A stretch of DNA of 44,569 bases from Octopus sinensis. Lineage: Eukaryota. This document shows positions 1-10,393 of this stretch, piece by piece (the stretch's first letter is position 1; every line of letters starts with the position of its first letter). A program made the translations under genes and the position numbers. The notes beneath the pieces are model-generated. The model searched no databases, was not told the DNA's origin, and saw only the letters and a program-made list of their open reading frames with translations. The stretch spans positions 1 through 44,569 of the forward strand of contig NW_021834883.1 of assembly GCF_006345805.1 (NCBI RefSeq). Direction: 5' to 3'.

Positions 1-940
1 GCTAGATAGACCTGTCTCCTAGCTTCCCTTCTGGCAGTCTGATACACTCCTGCTACCACCGTTCTCCAGGCCTTCCAAGCCTGTTTCTTTTGTCTAATAG
101 CCCTATCAACAATATTGTTCCACCACCATGTTATTTTGGGTCTTAAGGGGACTTTGCACCAGCCACAGACCTGGTCAGCGGCTTTCAGCAGGTTGTCCCT
201 CAGAAACGTCCAGTTGTCTTCTACCCCATGTGTAGCTATACCCCTTCCACTTCGTCAAAGGCTTCAAGTAACATATCTCTAAATCTCTGTCCATTCGCAG
301 GGTCTTTAAGCTTCCAGACCCTTCTTCTCCATGTTGGTCGTCTTCTAGTCGCCCTCTTAGTCCTGATCCTAAAGTCACTAACTACCAGTCTATGTTGTGG
401 GGTGCATTCTTCGCCTGGGAAGGTTTTTGGCATTTATAAGCAGCCATCTTTCCCTTTTTCTGGTGAGGATGTAGTCGATTTGGCTAGTATGCGGCCCGAT
501 CGGTAGGTGACCAGGTGGCGTGTTGGTTTCCTGAAGTTAGTGTTGCAGATCATAAGACTATTCGCATCGCAGAACTCCAGCAGCCTGGTTCCCTCCTCGT
601 TGCGGGAACCATAACCGTAGCCTCCATGGACGCCATGGAAGCCCCCAGCATGTCGTCCCACATGCCCATTGAAATCACCAGCCACAAAGAGAAGGTCCCT
701 GTCGTTCGTCAATGAGGTGGTCTGCAGTAGTAGTGTCATAGAAACTGTCTTTCTGTCCATCGGTAGCCCTGGCTGAGGGGCATAGGCCGATATAATGGTT
801 GCTAATCTATTATGAAGCACTATTCTAATCTTAAGTATTCTGTCACTTACTCTGATTACCTCAATTACTCTATCCATTTCTCAGCGATAAGTATACCCAC
901 GCCACCAACCCCGTCAGTGTTCCCTGCCCAGAAAATCTTC
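1..940 (-). mobile_element. RTE-clade LINE fragment: AP endonuclease domain and downstream linker, frameshifted
   Basis: Minus-strand frames read IFWAGNTDGVGGVGILIAEKW, IISAYAPQ, VAGDFNGHVG, RNEEGTRLLEFCDANSLMICNTNF, HRLVVSDF, then WWWNNIVDRAIRQKKQAW. These are RTE APE motifs split across ORFs 434-877, 236-433 and neighbouring frames. Confidence 0.9.
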
Positions 941-1692
941 TATATTACATAATTAGAATAAGTTGAAAATTAAATATTTATAAAATATATAAATAAATTA
1001 ATGAAAATAGATTAAATTATAGAATTTTAACTTAATTTATGTTTATTATATGATGTATTTTACGTATTTAGTATTAAAATTATTTAGACTTTACAATTTT
1101 TCCACTTAATGGTATATTAAAGTTAATTTTTTTCCCTTATTCTTACAGCTGAAATACATTTGTAATTTTAATAGCTTAAATACATATTTCTGTGTATTTC
1201 TTCTATAAATTGTCTTTAGGTGATATATTTCTTATAAACGCTAAGTTCTATGTTTTACGTTTAAATTTTTAGTTAACGAAAATCCTTCGAAACGATAAGT
1301 TATATTTTTATTTTAAGAAATATTGTTAAATGCTTTTCGATTATTTATAGTTAATACATGTATTTTTATATATTTATTTGATGATTAGTATAAGTTAAGA
1401 TGAGTACATTTATTCTATTATTATTTTTTATTATTTATTATCTTAGAGCTGATGAGTGACTATATTTTTAAATAGAATTAATTTTAAATGGAATTGATTT
1501 TCTTCTTATTATTATTATCTATTTGAAAATATAGCCACGAAACGCGCATAGTCTTTTTACTACTGTTTACTATTTATTGTACTTTATTGATTTTTAGAAT
1601 AAGGTTTTTTTTGTAGTATATGTTTTCTATATGGTGTGAATAACATCTTTCTTTATTGAATTGTTTAATAGAGGTTTTTCTCTAAATTATGT

Positions 1693-1693
<1 letters not shown>
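941..1693 (+). mobile_element. AT-rich non-autonomous element carrying a hammerhead motif (probably Penelope-like-derived)
   Basis: Contains the hammerhead core at 1449-1553. Homologous sequence occurs inverted at about 7490-7800, 9815-9948 and 10255-10391, and the last two end at the same TATATTAC terminus. Confidence 0.55.
1443..1558 (+). ncRNA. Type I hammerhead ribozyme motif with long stem II
   Basis: CTGATGA (1449-1455); stem II GTGACTATATTTTTAAATAGA (1456-1476) pairing with TCTATTTGAAAATATAGCCAC (1518-1538); GAAA (1539-1542); then CGCGCATAGTC. Confidence 0.65.
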
Positions 1694-1723
<30 letters not shown>

Positions 1724-1736
1724 CATATATATATAT
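1693..1736. repeat. (CA)n(TA)n microsatellite
   Basis: Directly visible dinucleotide run. Confidence 0.95.
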
Positions 1737-1879
1737 AAACAAAATAAGCAACAAGGACATCCAGAGGTAATGCAGTACGATCATTTCATGCGACTCCATT
1801 TAATTAAACAATGCAAACATTACATCAATTTAAAATGCAGAGCAATCTTCAGCTGCACAAAGACATTAGTATAATTTTA

Positions 1880-4090
1880 TCCAAAATCTCCAAGAGGATA
1901 AGGAGATAGACAAAGAACATGTTTTACCAACAACATTACAGTTGTGACTGAAATTTTTTCAAAAAAAAGACACTACTTTTCACTGATTATTTCTATTATT
2001 CAGATTTAATTACGAAAGGGGGGGTCAGTTTAATTTTATAGGCTAGTTTAGCAAATCTGAGAGAAGACAGAGGGTAGTGTCAGTTTGGGGTGGGGTAAAG
2101 TAGATAGACAATTTAAGTGGCATAGTCATAAATCAAGATTTATTTGAAGCAAAGCCATTTGGTTCAGTAAGAAGATACTTCAAACAAGATGTTAGCTGCT
2201 ATTAAGCAGACCAATGCTGATGGTACAGGGGAAGTCTTATCATATAGTACTACATTTACCTACTATAAAACAATGCTGCTATATATTTATATATATGTAC
2301 ACAGATAAAGTTAAGGGTTAATCTAAAGAAAACTAGGAATAATATTTATGAATACTTTCAGTATATATTAAATTTTACACAATAGAGGGACAGAAAATAT
2401 AGAAATAGTTCAATATTTACATATTTAAATACTAACTTAACATATATTTATAATTATTGATTAAATGGTATTTACTAGTATTAATAAAGGAAAATTGAGG
2501 TAAAAGAATGTTAAAATTAGATATTAAATATTAACAATGTTAGTCTAATCAGATTTTTTTATTTTAAATTGTGAATATTCCAGCATTGTATGAAATTTAT
2601 AGAGATGTAGGACTTACAGTAATTTTATAAATAAATAAATAAATGATAGTTTTAAAAATAAAATAAAATAAATAATCATTAGTAGAACATTATAGAAAAA
2701 GGGTAAAATGGCTTATATACCAAAACTATGGTAAGGTGTATTTAGCTTATTCACATCAATAGGTAAGATATTTTTAGAAAAAATTTAATAATTCAAAATG
2801 TTAGACTAAAAATTATATTTACTTGTCACAATAATATCTATAAAAGACTGATGTTTAGTGTTGGCTAAAGAAATAATTAAATTATGGAACAAAATTTTAC
2901 TATCACCTAATCTTTTTATAAATTAAGGGTTATATTATAGGTTTAAGAAATTGTTGTTATTACATCCTACATGATATTTATATTTTCTACATGATATTTA
3001 TATTTTCTAATTGGTACTTATTTAGAAATGTTATTTAAATAAAGTTCTTTATACATACTCAGATCAGGCAGGGAGAACTATTTGAGAAAAAGAGAAATCA
3101 AGTAATTCCTTTAAAAAAACTTTTCAAACAATGTTATTATGCTGTATAAGGTTAAAAAGTATTATTTAGGGTAATCAAGATTATTAAGAGGAGACTTTTA
3201 ACAAAACAGGATACCACTATTGACTTATATACCAAAATCCTTTAACTACAATGGAGGGAGGTAACAGAAAATTGCAAATAAATAGACTAATGTTATATAT
3301 TTTTTACTTATCTAAAAACTTTACTTATTATAAGGTTTCTGTGGAGATTGATCAAATGGATTTAACCAATATTTAATTGGAGTAACTGAGGTTAAAAACA
3401 TGTCCACTATATACTGATTTAATTAATTTTAAAATTTAGTGGAGATACAAGTAATATTACAGTTTCTAAAGAGTTCTTATTTGGAGGGGCTATTTAAAAT
3501 CAATATAAATATCAAAATTAGGGGTATGGAACATTTTAAGAAAAAAGGATGAAAAATATTATTACTGAAACTATTTAGAATAATGTGTCATTTTTTGTAT
3601 AATGTTAAAATAATGAATATTTACCATTTAGATGAGAGAACAAATATATTATTAGTTAAATCTTAATTTAGGCAGTTAAAATTTTGGCATTTAAATTTTA
3701 AAATTTTTGAAGATACCTATATTGTTTATTATAAGTTAAGTACGGCTGTATATGTGTACAACAATTTAGGCTTATATAAAGGTAATTATAGAGTATTGAA
3801 AAAGATTAGGTAGAGTAGAACCATCATAGAAACTGATGTGAAAATAGCTAAATCACTAAAATTATGATGGAGTATGTATACAACTTAGTAACTTCGATAG
3901 ATGAGATTTATAGAATATATGCAATAATTTTAGAAATTAAAAATTATTTACTCAATTTGCTTATGTTATTTAATCATTAATACCTAGTGTTGACTAAAAA
4001 ATTAATGTTGCAGGGTATGCACTTATGCATTGAATTTAAAACTAAGAGGTATATTTTAAGATTTAAAAATTCAGGATTAATAAAATGTTA
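1880..4090 (+). mobile_element. Heavily decayed LINE relic; APE endonuclease-like motifs at about 2865-3565
   Basis: After removing a 20-bp tandem duplication (2967-3006), one frame gives degraded APE-like motifs in the expected order: IKLWN, LEM, RSGR..RKREIK*FL*KN, LRGDF, NYNG, STIY, SSYLEGLFKINI, HFKKKG*K. Many in-frame stops. Confidence 0.45.
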
Positions 4091-4094
4091 TTTT

Positions 4095-4400
4095 CTAAAA
4101 ATATTTAAAGGTACGGGTAGTACTATGTACACACAATACCCCCAGATCTACTTGGTTATTTAACAGGTTTACATTATCCTTATGTTTAAAAATTTCATAA
4201 ATCTCTATAGACCAGAGCTCGCATCCATATCTACTATTTTTATAAGGTTGCGCTTTTCTTACTATGTCCCATTTGAGTCTAAATCTAATTCTATTTTCCT
4301 TTACTTCCCAAATCTTATTGGATAATGTTGTGCAATTTGCCTTGAGGATCACATCCAAACAGCTGGGTGGATTCGCATGAAAAATGGCAGACATGTGGAG
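4095..4400 (-). mobile_element. Penelope-like element fragment, C-terminal GIY-YIG endonuclease region
   Basis: ORF 4095-4394 reads LSNKIWEVKENRIRFRLKWDIVRKAQPYKNSRYGCELWSIEIYEIFKHKDNVNLLN, matching the S.YIW.LK...W.I...Y....C.LC..E...I...LLN pattern of PLE C-termini. Confidence 0.75.
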
Positions 4401-4825
4401 ACAGGTGCATAGATTGGAATGCAGTTTGTATTTTTTTTCCTAGCCCCCATAGTTAGCGAGAAAATCGATTAAAACTTTTTCTAATGTAATTCCCCTGCCA
4501 TTAAAACAATCAGTTGCTCACACAGCTGGCATATACCATTTCACTAGCAACAAGGGGAGTACAGGATGACAGTCACCAAAGTCAATCATACATACATAAC
4601 CTCTCTCTCCTTTTCTCTATCAGTCACATTCACTCACTACAAAAAGGGAATAACAAAATTTCAGTTAACTCTTTCTCAGCCATATATAAATATATACATC
4701 TATGTATACATACATACATAATAACCTGTGTGTGTGTGTGTGTGTCACTGAAGCCATTCATACATACATAACCTCTCTCTTACTTTTTCTCTGTCAGTCA
4801 CTCACACATTCACTCACTACAAAAA

Positions 4826-4846
4826 GTGAATAAAAAATTTCAGTTA

Positions 4847-4877
<31 letters not shown>

Positions 4878-4985
4878 TTCTCTTTATCTCTCTCTTTTTG
4901 TCTCTTTCTTTCTCTCTCACACATATACACGCACATCAGCAACATTACTCTCTCTGTCTCTTCACACACACTAACAAAAGCATTT
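4826..4985. repeat. (CT)n/(CA)n low-complexity tract
   Basis: Directly visible. Confidence 0.9.
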
Positions 4986-5084
4986 CACACACCCCATCAA
5001 ACACACGCACACATGTACATCAATTTTTCCACTTCACACCAACATCAAAAGAACTTCACTCATACAATCACACTCTGTCTCTTT

Positions 5085-5358
5085 CACTTTCACGCCGACT
5101 TTTTTTTGTTCTTCCAAATGAAAAAAAAATCCTTAAAGGAAAACGTTTTGCAGATGTGGAAGAGGTGAAGAAAAAACTGATGGAGGCATTAAAAGGCTTC
5201 ACTTCACAAGAGTTCCAGGACTGTGGAAAAACACATCTTGACCAATGCTTTGCTTCAAATGGAGAGTCCTTTGAAGGCAATAAAAGAGTAAACATGTAAA
5301 ACTAAGTGAATAAAATAATATTGCAAAATTCTGGTTTCTTTTGGATACCCACCTCATA
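5085..5358 (+). mobile_element. mariner transposase C-terminal fragment with 3' TIR
   Basis: KILKGKRFADVEEVKKKLMEALKGFTSQEFQDC..HLDQCFASNGESFEG, followed by the TIR-like end TTCTGGTTTCTTTTGGATACCCACCTCA-TA. Confidence 0.85.
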
Positions 5359-5866
5359 ATAACAATAATAATGATAATGATGGTTTCTTTCTTTTGAGAA
5401 TAGTAGTGATAATAAAAATGGTATGCCAGATGATAATTTCATAATCTGTCATTAGAATCTATACTTACATCTACACTGTGTTGTTTCAAGTGATCTTCAG
5501 TCTTCATCAGATTTGGACTAGGAACCTTGTATTTCTAAATGAGAGTAAACATTCTTATCTACTTTGACATTGACACATGAGAAGAAAAGATAACCAAAGT
5601 ATGAGGACGTGTTCACTTTTGAAGTGTGGTTGTGTATTCAGTTACGTTGTCATCATCATCATCATCTCCAGAAACAATAGTTTTAATAATAAAGTGTAAA
5701 CTCATCACTCTGTGGTCTGTACTCATTCATCCACTTACGTTTCCTTTGTTTGTGGTTGCTATTATTTTTGTTAAACACAATGTCTGCCTGATCAAGCAAG
5801 CATGTGCTGAAAGAGATTTCCAGCCATGATCATTGTCATCTTTTTCAGACAAATATATCTTTACCA

Positions 5867-6188
5867 GCATCACCTTAGTGGCTCTGGTGCCGGTGGCATG
5901 TGAAAAAACATTTGAGCGAGGTCGTTGCCTGTGCCGCAAGACTGGCTCCTGTGCAGGTGACACGTAAAAAACACCTTTTGAGCGTGGCCGTTGCCAGTAC
6001 CGCCTGACTGGTCCTCATGCTAGTGGCACGTTAAAGCACCCACTACACTCTTGGAGTGGTTGGTGTTAGGAAACTCTGCCAGATCAGATTGGAGCCTGGT
6101 GCAGCCATCTGGCTTGCCAGTCCTCAGTCAAATCATCCAACCCATTCTAACATGGAAATGGACGTTAAATGATGATGATGATGATGAT
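5867..6188 (+). mobile_element. RTE LINE 3' UTR copy (three hairpin modules, conserved tail, (GAT)n end)
   Basis: GTGCCGGTGGCAC..AAAAAGCACC-type modules, tail CCCACTACACTC..GGACGTTAAA, then (GAT)n; homologous to 6780-7175. Confidence 0.8.
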
Positions 6189-6479
6189 ATCTGTTTTTAA
6201 AGGCAATAGTGTTTGCTGTCATCTTTTTGGGGTTTCTTTTTCAGACATAGTGTATCTTAGACTACATTATCAAATGTGTCTGTTTTTAAGACTGTAGTGT
6301 TTGTTTGAATTAAGAGGACTTTGGCTGCTAATTGTATCAGGTTGAACAACCACATAGAAGTTCCCTCATAGACCCTTGTAAGTTTGTAATTAAGAGCATG
6401 TTGTACTGTGGGTGAAACTAATATCATGTAATTTGAAGTAAAATTAAAGTAAAATGATAATGGCTAGCAGTATCATCAT

Positions 6480-7175
6480 TGGTTAGCATCAGATGTGGCG
6501 TGCAGGAGAGACGTTTGCGTTGGTATGGTTATGTACTACGGATGGATAAGGAGAGATGTGTGAAGAAATGTCACTCCCAAACAGTTGAAGGAATCCGGGG
6601 TAGAGGTAGACCCAGGAAGACATGGGATGAGGTGGTCAAGCACGACCTTCAAACGTTGGGCCTCTGGAGACCTCTGGAGATATGCTGTAACTGCGAAGAC
6701 CCGACAAATGAAATGAGTTCATGGTTCGCAGGACGGCCTGCTGTGCTTACTTTGGATTGTACGGCAACCTGCTGTACTTGAGGAGACCTATTGAGTCAAG
6801 TACATCAAAATCAAAATCAAATGGAAATTGTAGTTGTGATACCCGTGCCAGTGGCACATAAAAATCACCATCTGAACGTGGCCGATGTCAGCGCCGCCTT
6901 GAATGGCGTCCATGCCAGTGGCATGTAAAAAGCACCAACCGATCGTGGCCGTTTGCCAGCCTCCTCTGGCCCTTGTGCCGGTGGCACGTAAAAAGCACCC
7001 ACTACACTCTCAGAGTGGTTGGTGTTAGGCAGGGCATCAAACTGTAGAAACGCTGCCAGATCAGACTGGAGACTGGTGCAGCCTCCTGGCTTTCCAGACC
7101 CTGGTCGAACTGTCCAACCCATGCTAGCATGGAAAACGGGTGTTAAACGATCATGATGAGGAGGATGAGGATGAT
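6480..7175 (+). mobile_element. 5'-truncated RTE LINE: ORF C-terminus plus full 3' UTR
   Basis: SIRCGVQERRLRWYGYVLRMDKERCVKKCHSQTVEGIRGRGRPRKTWDEVVKHDL (RTE C-terminus), then three hairpin modules, conserved tail and a GAT/GAG-rich end. Confidence 0.9.
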
Positions 7176-7489
7176 ATATTCTTCCATGTCCTGTTTTCTT
7201 CAGACTTTTATCTTATTGAGATAAAGTTCTCTTGTATTATTTTTCGCAAATTATTGTTTGCAAGATGATTGTAATCATTGTATATTGCTATGGTTCGCTG
7301 TCCTTTATTCTTCTCCTCACACTGATGAATAAAAATATGAGAGGATTGAGGATGGTACTTTCATTTCATTATCAAGATTTAATGCCGACACGAGGAGTTA
7401 TGTCCCTTATGCAATATAGTGACTACGGTGTGTTAAGAGTTTGAATATTTATGTCTAAATAATCAGTGAGTGAATAAAAACGCATTTAG

Positions 7490-7800
7490 TCTTATTACAA
7501 TAAAATCAATTCAATTTAAATATAGTCACTCTTCAGGTCCAAAATAAAAACAATAAAATAATCAAATAAATATAAAAATGCGTAATTTTACAATAAAAAT
7601 CAAACAAACTACAATAATATATCATAAAATACAAACACGAAATATCTTAACAAATATATTCTGGTATAAATAAGACTAGGATAAATAGGTATAAATATTT
7701 ATATCTATGAAAATAAATTTTAACTTGTATAAGAAAAGAATAACAAATTATAATATATCATTACTAGAAAATTAAAATACAATTAATTAAAATATTTAAA
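7490..7800 (-). mobile_element. Second, inverted copy of the AT-rich hammerhead-bearing element (5' half of the ribozyme motif)
   Basis: Minus strand reads CTGAAGA GTGACTATATTTAAATTGAATTGATTTT (7536 downward), matching 1449 onward. Flanking AT-rich sequence aligns with the reverse complement of about 1260-1440. Confidence 0.6.
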
Positions 7801-7911
7801 ACAATTATATATATATATATATAAAGTTAATCCAAACAAGAAAACAAAAAGACAACAACGTGAGGATGTGGAACAATTAAAGTATTATTGGGTGCTCAGG
7901 GAAGAAGAAGG

Positions 7912-7946
7912 GTATGACGTTTCGAGCGGAGCTCTTCGTCGGAAAC
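7912..7946 (-). ncRNA. Minimal hammerhead-like motif with variant core, in a probable PLE terminal repeat
   Basis: Minus strand: GTTT CCGACGA A GAGC-TCC-GCTC GAAA C GTC ATAC. Stem II is perfect, stem III is the palindrome ACGT, stem I has 3 of 4 pairs. Confidence 0.5.
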
Positions 7947-8234
7947 ATAGGAGAAAGAAAGATCCCGAGGTGGGAGGACGGAGGGAAAAAAATGCAAGTG
8001 GTCTTCACGAGGTCAACATACTGAAAAGGCAGAAGTAGTAAACAAGAGGGTGCAGGTTTTCAAAGACAAGAGAGCAGAAAAAGAAGGAAGGTAAACAACG
8101 GTGTGCGAGATGACAAGGGTGTGTGTGTATGTGTGTATAAGGTGGGCGAAGGCTAGGGCAAACAGCAGTAGCAACGGTGTGCGAGATGACAAGGGTGTGT
8201 GTATGTGTGTATATGGTGGGTGAAGGCTAGCGAG

Positions 8235-10260
8235 TCACAGGTCAGAAACAAGAAGGAATGTGTGTGTGTGTGTGTGTTTAGTTGTAGTATGTGTGTGTAT
8301 GGCGAGTAACTGCTTAACTAAGTGTATGTGTGGGTGTGTGTGTGTGTGCTTATATGTGCGTATATGTATAATTGTGTGCATGTATGTATGTGTGCGCATG
8401 TTTTGGTGTGCGTATGTATGTGTGTGTCTGTGCTTATATGTGTGTACATATGTGTATGTGTGCGTGCACATGGAGGTATATGTTGTGTATATGTATGTGT
8501 TGGTGTGTATGTGAATTTGTGTGTGTTTGTACGTGTGTAAGTGTGTGTATTGTATATATATATGTAAATGTGTGTGTGGGAGTGAATGTATGTATGTGCG
8601 TGTGTGTACAAAATGTAGGGGTATTATATGTGTGTTTATATGTTTATGTGTGTGTATATATATGCATGCAAGGAAACACATCGCAACTGAAGGAATGATG
8701 GAAAATACTCCTGCGATGACAGGCGTAAGAGAAACCCCAGGCACAACGCGCCGGCCCAGACCCGAACCCGAGATATAGCCAGAACCCACAGGCGTGTGTG
8801 CATGCATGTATGTATGTATGTGTGCGTGCACGCATCCATGTGTATGCGCGTGCATGCGAGTGTGTGTGTGTATGTGTGTCCGTATGAGTGTATGTGTGTC
8901 CGTATGAGTGTATGTGTGTGTGTATGTATGTATGTGTGTATGTGTGGAAGTGTGTGTGTGTATGTATGTGTGCATGCGTGTGTGTGTATGTATGTATGTG
9001 TGCATGCGTGTATGTGTGTATGTATGCATGTATGCATGCATGTGCGTCTGTATGTGTGTGCATGTGTGTAAGTATATGTGTGTATGTGTGTAGGCATGTG
9101 TGTATAAGTGTATGTATGTATGGGTGTGTGTCTGTATGTTTGTGTGTGTGTGTATGTATGTATGTATGAGTGAAGGTATGAATGTATGTATGTGTGTGTA
9201 CGTATGTAATGTATGTATGTATGCGTGTTTGTGTATGTATGCGTGTGCGTGTGTATGAAGGTGTGTATGTATGTGGGAGTGTAGGTGTGTGGGTATGTAT
9301 GTGTGTGTGTATGTATGTATGTGTGTAAGTATGTGTGCGTGTAGGTATGCATGTGTGTGCATGTATGTATGTATACACACACACACGACGCATGCCCACA
9401 CACACAACACACAAACAACACAATGCATGCATATAGGGCCGACCCCACCCCAGGCCCGTGCCAAAGCGCGCGCGGACACCCACACCACAAGAACCGAGAT
9501 CCATCAACCCCTCAACCCAAAAGAAAGGGGGTGCGCCTGGATGCAAATATATGTATGTGTGCGTGCATTCGTGTAAACGTGTGCATGTGTAGGTATGTAT
9601 GTATGTGTGTGTGCATGCGTGTATGTGTGCATGTATGTATGTAAAGTATGTATGTACGTATGTGTGTATGTGTATGTGTGTGTGTATGTGCATATGTATG
9701 TGTGTGTGTGTATGTATGTATGTGTGTGTGATTAAATGTGTGAATGTATGTATGTGTGTATACGTATGTGTGTGTGTGTGAACGGGCGTGTGTGTGCGCG
9801 CGTGGGGGTGTGTTATATAATACAAAATATACATTAAGTGAAAACTAAAATACTATAATTTAATCTATATATATTAAATTAAATTATTAATTTATTTATT
9901 TATTTAATACACATCTAAGTTAAATCTTATTCTAATTAAGTAATATACTCAGAACCGAGATCCATCAACACCTCAACCCAAAAGAAAGGGGGTGCGCCTG
10001 GATGCAAATATATGTATGTGTGCGTGCATTCGTGTAAACGTGTGCATGTGTAGGTATGTATGTATGTGTGTGTGCATGCGTGTATGTGTGCATGTATGTA
10101 TGTAAAGTATGTATGTACGTATGTGTGTATGTGTATGTGTGTGTGTATGTGCATATGTATGTGTGTGTGTGTGTATGTATGTATGTGTGTGTGATTAAAT
10201 GTGTGAATGTATGTATGTGTGTATACGTATGTGTGTGTGCGCGCGTGGGGGTGTGTTATA
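8235..10260. repeat. Long compound (TG)n/(TATG)n microsatellite field with embedded unique islands
   Basis: Directly visible; it produces the HT/YV/CV-rich spurious ORFs in all six frames. Confidence 0.95.
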
Positions 10261-10393
10261 TAATACAAAATATACATTAAGTGAAAACTAAAATACTATA
10301 ATTTAATCTATATATATTAAATTAAATTATTAATTTATTTATTTATTTAATACACATCTAAGTTAAATCTTATTCTAATTAAGTAATATACTC
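9490..10393. repeat. Tandem direct duplication of a 440-460 bp unit
   Basis: 9490-9950 and 9951-10393 both begin AGAACCGAGATCCATCAAC and end TAAGTAATATACTC; they differ mainly in microsatellite lengths. Confidence 0.9.

Noticed and set aside
945-1690. Mitochondrial insertion (NUMT), suggested by extreme AT content
   Set aside because: No mitochondrial protein, rRNA or tRNA motifs; homology to another nuclear copy and the hammerhead indicate a repeat element.
1880-4090. Long frame in which most stops are TAA/TAG, suggesting DNA from an organism with a TAR=Gln code (for example a ciliate parasite)
   Set aside because: At this AT content TAA/TAG dominate stops by chance, several TGA also occur in frame, and the motifs fit a decayed LINE endonuclease better. 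Host-type repeats flank the block directly.
5480-5520. CTGATGA...GAAAC on the minus strand as another hammerhead
   Set aside because: Stems I and II do not pair convincingly.
8235-10280. Long ORFs of 280-417 aa rich in His/Thr/Tyr or Val/Cys/Met
   Set aside because: They are translations of (TG)n/(TATG)n repeats, open in several frames on both strands, with no domain content.
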